Part shown: positions 1-8,058 of the stretch, in pieces | Numbering within the stretch: position 1 is the first letter of the stretch | Layout: each line of letters opens with the position of its first letter | From: a candidate division WOR-3 bacterium | GTDB taxonomy: Bacteria > Hydrothermota > 32-111 > QNBC01 | Length of the DNA stretch: 27,857 nucleotides | Direction: 5' to 3' | Assembly: GCA_023132105.1 (NCBI GenBank) | Contig: JAGLYS010000191.1 | Span: 1-27,857, forward strand | Notes under the pieces: generated by a model | Told to the model about the DNA's origin: nothing | Database searches by the model: none | Seen by the model: the letters and a program-made list of their open reading frames with translations, nothing else | Translations under genes and position numbers: made by a program

Positions 1-577
1 AATATCATTCAATGTAATCTTTATCTCCTGTAAATTCCTTTTCCCCTGTATAAATCTTTCTGAAACATAAGCACTTAAAGCCCCAACCATAAAAAAAAGA
101 TAAAGAATATGTATATGACCTAATAAATATAACTTCACTGGGAATAGAGGATGAAAATATCAAAAAAGATTCAGGAACAAACATTCTGAATTTAGACCTT
201 AAGAATACAGTTGTTACAAATAACCCAATACTAATTGCCGAAACTATAAAACTACCTTTGGCAAACAAAAATATGGAACTGACAATTATATTGATAAAAT
301 AGAGGATAAAATAGGGACTCTCGATACCTCCGGTAAGATAAAGAATTGCTGACGATAATATTATATCAAGAACAAATTGTGTATATAGAGAAATTTCCTC
401 TTTTACTTTAAGCAAAATATAACCGATTATGGAAATCAATATAGCCGCAAGTATCACAGATATAAGAATTAAGACATCACTGCTTTTTAAATTCCCGAGA
501 AAAACAAATTCAACTCCTACAAGTAACATAATAGCTATCGGTCTATTCAACAGAAGGTATAGATAATTTCTTTTCAT
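1..577 (-). CDS. pilS: PilS-like membrane sensor histidine kinase, N-terminal membrane region; frameshifted at an A8 run (91-98) and running off the window
   Basis: Multi-TM ORF with a TGGIESPYFILYFINII motif typical of PilS-type sensors, directly downstream of pilC. The called ORF stops at 5. Removing one T from the minus-strand T8 run gives the open frame SFFMVGALSAYVSERFIQGKRNLQEIKITLNDI to the window edge. The kinase domain is not in the window. Confidence 0.65.
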
Positions 578-749
578 TGTAATAGTCTATTCCTTTTTTA
601 TGAAAATCCTATTAAATAATTTAGATTAAATAGCAAAAAATCGAGAGACTCCATTCGAATCAATAATTATTTTCACTTTAATATATATATTCCATTCTCC
701 AATATCTCCCCTTGATACAAATTCGGAATAAAAGCGATAAAACTCAGAG

Positions 750-1961
750 TTACATAATATGCTGAATCATCTGGAATTGAGGCATATACATAGCTATAAC
801 AATATAACCTACGGTAATACCCATAACAATCATAATTATAGGTTCGAGAGCAGTAGTAAGATTGCTTACAGCAGTATCCACTTCTTCATCATAAAAATCC
901 GCAACCCTGTTTAACATATCATCAAGCTGTCCTGTTTTTTCCCCTATTCTGATCATTTGAGTAACCATTGGAGGAAAAAGATTACTTTTTTCCAGTGGCT
1001 CCGAAATCGATTCACCCTCCTTTATACTGTTCTTTGCATCTAAAATCGCATCTTCAAGTATCTTGTTTCCCGATGTATTCGCAGTTACCGTAAGAGCATC
1101 GATTATCGGAACACCCGAAGATTGTAAGGTGGCAAGTGTTCTTGTAAATCTTGCAATTGCTTGCTTAAGCATAAGATCTCCAAACACAGGATATTTTAGA
1201 GCCATTCTGTCAAAGAAATATAATCCCGGTTTTGTCTTCTTCGCGAATCTTATCCCCTGCCAGATCCCTACTCCAATAAGGATAAGCAACCACCAAAAAT
1301 TTTGAATAAATTTACTAAGCATTAATACCGATTTGGTTATCGCCGGAAGTTCAGCTCCGAACCCCTTAAATAATTGCTCGAATATAGGCACGACAAAAAG
1401 CATTAAAATTACAATAGCTACAACAAGAACAATACCTATTACAAGAGGATATATCATTGCACCCTTTATCTTTGCTTTTAGAGCCATATCCTTTTCAAGA
1501 TAAGTGGCTAATCTTGGTAAAGTCGTATCAAGCGCACCACCTTTTTCTCCGGCCTTTACCATATTAACATACAATTCTCCGAATACATTCTTATGATGTG
1601 CCATTGCCTCTCCGAGTTGAGAACCGCCTTCCATATCGCTGATAATACCTGTTAACAAATTTTTCATCCCCTTGGTTGTCACCTGTTTTTTCTGAATTTT
1701 CAATCCCTCCATCATATTAAGTCCTGCGGATAACATTGTAGAGAATTGCCTTGTGAATAATGCCAAATCTCTCATTGTTACTTTTGGCTTTCCAAATGAT
1801 ATTTCACCTGAAAAAAAGCTTTTGGGTTTTTCTTTCAGCGAAAGAGGAATCAAATCCATTGCTCTAACTTTTATAGATGCTTCGGTTTCGTTAACTGCCT
1901 CTATTTCCCCGGAATTAATTTGCCCGTCTCTTGTTCTGGCTTTCCATACATAAGTAGTCAT
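750..1961 (-). CDS. pilC: Type IV pilus inner-membrane platform protein PilC (T2SS GspF family)
   Basis: Motifs FTRQFSTMLSAGL, LYVNMVKAGEKGGAL, KIKGAMIYP, QMIRIGEKTGQLDDML and LEPIIMIVMG; follows pilT. Confidence 0.95.
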   Translation of the reverse strand: MTTYVWKARTRDGQINSGEIEAVNETEASIKVRAMDLIPLSLKEKPKSFFSGEISFGKPKVTMRDLALFTRQFSTMLSAGLNMMEGLKIQKKQVTTKGMKNLLTGIISDMEGGSQLGEAMAHHKNVFGELYVNMVKAGEKGGALDTTLPRLATYLEKDMALKAKIKGAMIYPLVIGIVLVVAIVILMLFVVPIFEQLFKGFGAELPAITKSVLMLSKFIQNFWWLLILIGVGIWQGIRFAKKTKPGLYFFDRMALKYPVFGDLMLKQAIARFTRTLATLQSSGVPIIDALTVTANTSGNKILEDAILDAKNSIKEGESISEPLEKSNLFPPMVTQMIRIGEKTGQLDDMLNRVADFYDEEVDTAVSNLTTALEPIIMIVMGITVGYIVIAMYMPQFQMIQHIM

Positions 1962-1974
1962 TATGACCCCCTTC

Positions 1975-3093
1975 CTATGCTCTGGAATGATCGGATATCA
2001 TATGTTCAAGTTCTTCAACATTTCTTGAAAATGTTAATGCATTTTCAAGTGATATCTGTCTTGTAGTATAAAGATCATATAGTGATTGATTCAATGTTTG
2101 CATACCAAATTTCCTTCCTGCCTGAATTAAGCTATATATCTGATGTATTTTGTCATCTCTTATCAAAGCTTTTATAGCTGGTGTTGCCGTCATAATCTCA
2201 ACAGCCAATACTCGTCCTCCTCTTATTTTCGGTATTAATGATTGTGTTACTACTGCAATTAAAACAAATGCCAATTGTGCTCTTACCTGAGATTGCCTAT
2301 TCGCCGGATGTGCATCGACTATACGGGTAATTGCCTCGGCAGCTGAATTAGTATGCAATGTTGCGAATGTTAAATGTCCTGTTTCTGCAATAGTAAGTGC
2401 GGCATCGATTGTCTCCAGATCTCTCATCTCTCCTATCAATACAATATCAGGATCCTGTCTCAATACATATTTAAGAGCATTATTGAAACTTTTTGTGTCG
2501 CTTCCAACCTGTCTTTGATTAACAATGCACTTCTTGTGTCTATATAAATATTCTATAGGATCTTCCACTGTAACGATATGAGAGCGTCTATCCCCATTCA
2601 ACTTGTCAATCATAGTAGCCAGTGTTGTCGATTTACCACTCCCGGTAGGTCCTGTTACCAGTACTAAACCCTTTGGTGTTTTGCATAAATCATCGATGAC
2701 TGCAGGCAAGCCCAATTCTTTAAATGATCTAATTTCATATGGGATAACTCTTATTGCCATTGCGACAGCTCCTCTCTGCATAAAAACATTTCCTCTGAAT
2801 CGAGAAAGTTTTGGAATTCCAAATGACAAATCAAGTTCATGTTCGATTTCAAAATGCTTTTTTTGCTGATCATTAAGCACACTATATGCAAGTTTCTTTG
2901 TAAGCTCCGCAGTCATTCTTGGATAATTAGAAGCAGATAAAAGATCCCCGTCAATTCTAAACATAGGATATGAACCTGTCGTAATATGTAAATCTGATCC
3001 ACCTCTTGCAATAAGCTCGGATAATAAGTTATTTATTGTTAACTTATCCTCTTCCTTTTCTGAAATATTATAATTAGAATCATCTACACCCAT
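1975..3093 (-). CDS. pilT: Type IV pilus retraction ATPase PilT
   Basis: GSDLHIT, Walker A GPTGSGKSTT, EDPIE, LRQDPD/GEMRD, TGHLTFATLHT, AIRNLIRE-like AIKALIRDDK and GMQTL; SD AGGAGG upstream. Confidence 0.95.
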   Translation of the reverse strand: MGVDDSNYNISEKEEDKLTINNLLSELIARGGSDLHITTGSYPMFRIDGDLLSASNYPRMTAELTKKLAYSVLNDQQKKHFEIEHELDLSFGIPKLSRFRGNVFMQRGAVAMAIRVIPYEIRSFKELGLPAVIDDLCKTPKGLVLVTGPTGSGKSTTLATMIDKLNGDRRSHIVTVEDPIEYLYRHKKCIVNQRQVGSDTKSFNNALKYVLRQDPDIVLIGEMRDLETIDAALTIAETGHLTFATLHTNSAAEAITRIVDAHPANRQSQVRAQLAFVLIAVVTQSLIPKIRGGRVLAVEIMTATPAIKALIRDDKIHQIYSLIQAGRKFGMQTLNQSLYDLYTTRQISLENALTFSRNVEELEHMISDHSRA

Positions 3094-3107
3094 TATTCCT
3101 CCTATAA

Positions 3108-4841
3108 TTATGATTCTTCTATGCCTGTTTCTCTTATTATTTCTTCAACCGTTGTTAACCCATTTGAAATTTTCACTAATCCATCTTCTTTTAATGTTTT
3201 AAAACCGCTTTTCTTCGCTTCTTTTTTAATATCTTCGGTAGGGGCACTTTTTAAAATCAATTCTCTCATTTTTGCATCTATTTCCAATACTTCTGTAATA
3301 GCTACTCTTCCTTTATAGCCCGTACCTCCGCAAACACCACAACCCGTTCCTTTGTAGATAGGTTTATCCTTAAATACTTCAGGATCTATATTTGCTTCTT
3401 TTAATAAATCTTTGTCAATTTTTACCTCCGCCTTACAATTAGAACAAATTCTTCTTACAAGTCTTTGTGCCTGTATAAGGTTAAGTGCTGCTGCCAATAA
3501 GAACGGTTGGATCCCCATATCGGCTAATCTGTTTATCGTACTCGGAGCATCATTGGTATGTATCGTACTAAGTACAAGATGCCCTGTTAATGCAGCTCTA
3601 ATAGCTGTTTGAACAGTTTCCGAATCACGAATTTCTCCAACCATTACAATATCAGGTCCCTGTCGCAAAAACGCTTTCATCGCTTCGGCAAAAGTAAATC
3701 CTATTTCCGGATTTACCTGAACTTGATTAATCCCATATAAATTATACTCCACAGGGTCCTCTGCTGTCAATATCTGTACATCAGGTGTATTTAATCTACT
3801 CATTGCAGAGTAAAGTGTTGTTGATTTACCACTTCCAGTAGGTCCTGTTACCAGTACTATGCCATAAGGTTGCCCGATTGCATTATTAAATTTCTTCAGA
3901 TTATCAGGTTCGAAACCAAGGGATGTCATATCGAGCATGAGACTCGATTGGTCAAGAATACGAAGGACGATTTTTTCACCATTTATAACAGGAATAGAAG
4001 ATACTCGCAAATCTATAGGATTTTTATCAACACTTACCCTAATTCTTCCGTCTTGTGTATGTCTTCTATCGGTAATGTCAAGTGCAGCCATCGTTTTTAT
4101 TCTTGTAATTATAGAGTATTTTTTTGTTGAATCAGGTTTTAAAACCTCTCTTAAAACACCATCGATTCTATATCTAATCCTAAATAAATTTTCATATATT
4201 TCAACATGAATATCACTTGCACCTTTTCTAACGGCATCGGCAATCATAAAGTTAACATAATTAACAATAGGTTTACTATTGGAATCGATTCTGCCAATGT
4301 CAACATCCAATTCGGAAGATATTAATTGCAAATCACCCTCTTCGAACCCCTCTCCAAGAAGATCATCTCCGATATCAATATCCTCTTCATCTATTGTCTG
4401 GATATCCGTTACTATCTCTTCATAATAATCCATTATAGCTTGTTCAATATCATCAGCAGTTGCAATTACGGGATTAACCTGACATCCTGTGGCGAATTTT
4501 ACTTCTTCAATAGCATCTATGTCTTCAGGATTAGCCATAGCCAGTGTTAGAACCTTTCCAATCTTCTTGATTGGGAATATTTGGTGTCTATATACTAATT
4601 CCTTAGGTAATATTTTTAAAATATTGCCATCAACAACAATTGCTCTAAGGTCAACAGATGCAATATGAAACTGATTACTTAGAAAATCCAAAAGCTCCGA
4701 TCTCGTTATAAAACCAAGCCCTGCAAGGATCCCGCCTAATTTCCTACCTGTTTCCTCCTGAATTTCAAGAGATTTTTTTAGTTGTTCCTCATTTATTAAT
4801 CCTGCTTTTAACAACAACAAACCAATTTTTGCCTTTTTCAT
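3108..4841 (-). CDS. pilB: Type IV pilus extension ATPase PilB, downstream paralog
   Basis: MshEN-like N-terminus, ASDIHVE, QDGRI, GPTGSGKSTT, TAEDPVEY, GEIRD, TGHLVLSTIHTN, Zn motifs CSNC and CGVC, GYKGR. The start overlaps the upstream stop (TAATG at 4843-4839). Confidence 0.92.
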   Translation of the reverse strand: MKKAKIGLLLLKAGLINEEQLKKSLEIQEETGRKLGGILAGLGFITRSELLDFLSNQFHIASVDLRAIVVDGNILKILPKELVYRHQIFPIKKIGKVLTLAMANPEDIDAIEEVKFATGCQVNPVIATADDIEQAIMDYYEEIVTDIQTIDEEDIDIGDDLLGEGFEEGDLQLISSELDVDIGRIDSNSKPIVNYVNFMIADAVRKGASDIHVEIYENLFRIRYRIDGVLREVLKPDSTKKYSIITRIKTMAALDITDRRHTQDGRIRVSVDKNPIDLRVSSIPVINGEKIVLRILDQSSLMLDMTSLGFEPDNLKKFNNAIGQPYGIVLVTGPTGSGKSTTLYSAMSRLNTPDVQILTAEDPVEYNLYGINQVQVNPEIGFTFAEAMKAFLRQGPDIVMVGEIRDSETVQTAIRAALTGHLVLSTIHTNDAPSTINRLADMGIQPFLLAAALNLIQAQRLVRRICSNCKAEVKIDKDLLKEANIDPEVFKDKPIYKGTGCGVCGGTGYKGRVAITEVLEIDAKMRELILKSAPTEDIKKEAKKSGFKTLKEDGLVKISNGLTTVEEIIRETGIEES

Positions 4842-6544
4842 TATCTTGTGGTTGTTTCCTTCAAAACATTTTCCAAATCGGTAACGCCTTCTTTCAGCAA
4901 ATCAATCGCAGCATCCCTGAGAGTAATCATCCCCTCCTTAATAGCTAATTCGCTTAACTCAGCTGTTGATATTCTACTAAGTATCCCATGTCTAATTTTC
5001 GGTGTAACACTAAGCATTTCAAATGCCCCCACCATTCCTTTATAACCGGTATTCATACACTCTTTGCATCCGGATCCTTTATATAGTTTTGAATTTTTCA
5101 ATAGATTAGGGGCAATCATCGCTGATTTTAAAATGCTTACATCCGGCTCAACTTCATACCTGCAATTCTTACATACTTTCTTCATAAGCCGTTGCGATAT
5201 AATGAGATTTAATGTCGAAGCAACAAGAAAAGGTTCAACACCCATATTTACAATTCTCGTTATAGTTGAGGAAGCATTATTCGTATGCATTGTACTTAAG
5301 ACAAGATGACCCGTTAATGATGCTCTAATTGCTATTTCCGCTGTTTCCTTATCACGAATTTCTCCGACCATTATTACATTCGGATCCTGTCTTAAATAAG
5401 CTCTTAGAGCTTTGGCAAATGTCAATCCAATTGTTTCGTTTACCTGTAACTGATTAATGCCTTCTATTGTATACTCTACCGGGTCTTCTGCTGTTGTGAT
5501 ATTTATTCCAATATCATTTATTTCATTTAACATTGCATAAAGAGTTGTTGTTTTACCTGATCCTGTAGGACCCGTGACAAGAATTATACCATGAGGATTA
5601 TGAATATTTTTTCTGGTAATTTTTATCATACTTTTACTAAAACCCAACTTACTTAAATCAAATGAAACCGCTTGTCTATCAAGTATACGGACAGCTACTT
5701 TTTCACCATACATTGTCGGGACTACCGAAACACGAAAATCAATAGGTCTTCCCTTGAAATTCAAACGAATTCTCCCATCCTGAGGTCTTCTTTTTTCCGT
5801 GATATCCATTACTGATAATATTTTAATCCTCTGCACAACACCTTTATGTAAACTTTTTCTCGGTTTATCAATTTCATGCAAAATACCATCTATCCTATAC
5901 CTTATTCTCATTTCTTTTTCATAAGGTTCGATATGTATGTCAGCAGCTTTCTTATCAATTGCAGTCATTAAAATTTTATTAACAAGTTTAACCACAGGAG
6001 CGGATTCACTTGCAGCAGTTAATTCGAATTCATTTTCTTCTTCACCTTCTTCAATAACCTGAACATCCTCCACCCCGATATCAATATCATCTTCATTAGA
6101 AATTTGAGCAATTTGACTTGCACTCTTATAATAAACATTGACTTTTTCTTCAAGATCCGATTCGATACCGACAAATGGTTCGATTTCAAAACTCGTAGTG
6201 AATTTTAAATTATCTATCAAACTATAATTTAGCGGATCCAACATTGCTACACTAAGAATATTACCGCTCCTTCTTATAGGTATAACAATATATTTAATTG
6301 CAATATCGGGAGGAACCAAATTTAATACTGCATCATCTATATCAGCGGTTGTAATATCAATAAATTTTATATTCATTACTTTGCTCAGATATCTACCTAA
6401 TGTCTTTCTGTCGGCATACCCCAAATTTAGAAGTATACTTGCAAGCATGCCTCCTTTCTCTTTCTGAATCTGAAGAGCTTCATCAATTTGCCCTTTGGTG
6501 ACCAGGCCTTTATCAACTAATAATTCTCCTAATCTTTTAGTCAT
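4841..6544 (-). CDS. pilB: Type IV pilus extension ATPase PilB, upstream paralog (start revised to 6544, MTKRLGELL)
   Basis: RLGELLVDKGLV MshEN motif, AADIHIEP, QDGRI, GPTGSGKTTT, TAEDPVEY, GEIRD, TGHLVLSTMHTN, CKNC and CKEC. The ORF-track TTG start at 6586 coincides with the -35 box. Confidence 0.92.
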   Translation of the reverse strand: MTKRLGELLVDKGLVTKGQIDEALQIQKEKGGMLASILLNLGYADRKTLGRYLSKVMNIKFIDITTADIDDAVLNLVPPDIAIKYIVIPIRRSGNILSVAMLDPLNYSLIDNLKFTTSFEIEPFVGIESDLEEKVNVYYKSASQIAQISNEDDIDIGVEDVQVIEEGEEENEFELTAASESAPVVKLVNKILMTAIDKKAADIHIEPYEKEMRIRYRIDGILHEIDKPRKSLHKGVVQRIKILSVMDITEKRRPQDGRIRLNFKGRPIDFRVSVVPTMYGEKVAVRILDRQAVSFDLSKLGFSKSMIKITRKNIHNPHGIILVTGPTGSGKTTTLYAMLNEINDIGINITTAEDPVEYTIEGINQLQVNETIGLTFAKALRAYLRQDPNVIMVGEIRDKETAEIAIRASLTGHLVLSTMHTNNASSTITRIVNMGVEPFLVASTLNLIISQRLMKKVCKNCRYEVEPDVSILKSAMIAPNLLKNSKLYKGSGCKECMNTGYKGMVGAFEMLSVTPKIRHGILSRISTAELSELAIKEGMITLRDAAIDLLKEGVTDLENVLKETTTR

Positions 6545-6557
6545 AATCTTACTTTTA

Positions 6558-6586
6558 ATTTTAACAGAATTAAAAATCACTGTCAA
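6558..6586 (-). promoter_or_regulatory. Sigma70-type promoter of the pil operon
   Basis: Minus strand TTGACA (6586-6581), 17 nt spacer, TAAAAT (6563-6558); ATG follows 13 nt later. Confidence 0.7.
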
Positions 6587-6636
6587 GATTTTGTTTATCT
6601 ATTTTGCAAATAGTTACAGACATATAATTTCAACTC

Positions 6637-6665
6637 TTGACACATAATTTATAAAATAATATAAT
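6637..6665 (+). promoter_or_regulatory. Consensus sigma70 promoter of the def-dapF operon
   Basis: TTGACA (6637-6642), 17 nt spacer, TATAAT (6660-6665); SD GGAGG at 6675-6679. Confidence 0.85.
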
Positions 6666-6684
6666 TTATTAAACGGAGGTAATA

Positions 6685-7182
6685 ATGTCATTATTAAAAA
6701 TCAGATACTATCCTGATCCAATCTTAAAAGAGAAAATTCCACCCACGGATATAGGTAAGCCGGAAATTAGCAATTATTTGAAAATGATAAGCAATATAAT
6801 GTATGTAAATAATGGTGTGGGACTTGCAGCACCTCAGGTTGGTTTAAAAGAAAGAATTATTACACTGGATATTGGAGATGGTCTTATTTATATAATAAAT
6901 CCGGAAATTATATTAAATTCCAAAGATAAGAATAAAGACGAAGAAGGCTGTCTTAGCTTACCGGGTGTATATCTTGAAATAGAAAGGAATGATAAAATTA
7001 CTTTAAAATATCACAATGAATATAATAAAGAGGTTAAAAAAGTATTTAAGGATTTGGCAGCCAGAGCGGTTCAACATGAAATTGATCATCTTGATGGAAT
7101 ATTGATTATTGATAGAATAGACAGGAAGCAACGATTAAAAACTGAAATGAACTATATGGATAATCTCAAAAAGAGGTACTGA
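6685..7182 (+). CDS. def: Peptide deformylase
   Basis: Three signature motifs GVGLAAPQVG, EGCLS and QHEIDHLDG. Confidence 0.97.
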   Translation: MSLLKIRYYPDPILKEKIPPTDIGKPEISNYLKMISNIMYVNNGVGLAAPQVGLKERIITLDIGDGLIYIINPEIILNSKDKNKDEEGCLSLPGVYLEIERNDKITLKYHNEYNKEVKKVFKDLAARAVQHEIDHLDGILIIDRIDRKQRLKTEMNYMDNLKKRY

Positions 7183-7242
7183 TGAAGGGGAAATATATTC
7201 GAACAAACCTAAAATCCTCTTATTGCAATTGATACAATTGCA

Positions 7243-8058
7243 ATGAAAACATTTATTGAATTCACAAAAATATCTGCTCTTGGGAATGATTTTATTTTAA
7301 TCAATGATATAAATAACACGATCAAAAAATATTTGAATTCATCAATGATTTACAATTTATGTTCATTTCATACAGGAATTGGAGCGGATGGATTAATAAT
7401 TATTTCGCCTGACAGTGAGTATGATTTCAGAATGTTCTATTTCAATTCCGATGGGAATGAAGCTATGATGTGTGGTAACGGGGCTAGATCTGCAGCTTAT
7501 TTCGCTTATCTTGAACATATTTCATCGGCATCAGGCAGATTCAGAGCATCCGATGGTTTACATCAATTCACTATAAGCGATAGTGTTATTAATGTAAGTT
7601 TGAATGTAACTGATTCCCGCTCCATTATAGACAAAGAAATAGAGAATAAAAAGGTATATTTTATAAATACCGGAGTACCACACGGTATATTATTTGTAAA
7701 AGATATTAAAAACATTGAAGTGGATATAATTGGAAAAAAATTAAGAGATTATAAAGGTTTTGATAAAAAGGGTGCAAATATCAATTTTGTGCAGATTATA
7801 GACAAACATAACATATTAATCAGAACATTTGAAAGAGGTATCGAAGGTGAAACACTTTCCTGCGGAACCGGCTCAACCGCTGCTGCAATTGTATCATACT
7901 GTAAATCCTTTACAAATCCACCAATAAATGCTATAAATAAATCAAATGAAATTCTAAAGATAGACTTTAAATATATTAACAATGATGTGAAGGATGTAAC
8001 GCTAGAGGGTAATGTAAAAGTAACATTTAAAGGAATTTTTGATTTATATGAATACTAA
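7243..8058 (+). CDS. dapF: Diaminopimelate epimerase
   Basis: ALGNDF, GIGADG, FNSDG, MCGNGAR, NTGVPH, GANINF, RTFERG and TLSCGTG; both catalytic Cys are present. Confidence 0.95.
   Translation: MKTFIEFTKISALGNDFILINDINNTIKKYLNSSMIYNLCSFHTGIGADGLIIISPDSEYDFRMFYFNSDGNEAMMCGNGARSAAYFAYLEHISSASGRFRASDGLHQFTISDSVINVSLNVTDSRSIIDKEIENKKVYFINTGVPHGILFVKDIKNIEVDIIGKKLRDYKGFDKKGANINFVQIIDKHNILIRTFERGIEGETLSCGTGSTAAAIVSYCKSFTNPPINAINKSNEILKIDFKYINNDVKDVTLEGNVKVTFKGIFDLYEY

Noticed and set aside
578-749. Promoter, sigma54 site or small ORF between pilC and pilS
   Set aside because: Only very short ORFs; no convincing -35/-10 pair or TGGCAC-N5-TTGC site.
1063-5309. Plus-strand ORFs of 65-90 aa inside the pil genes
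   Set aside because: Antisense or alternate-frame shadows of well-supported genes; no motifs or SDs.
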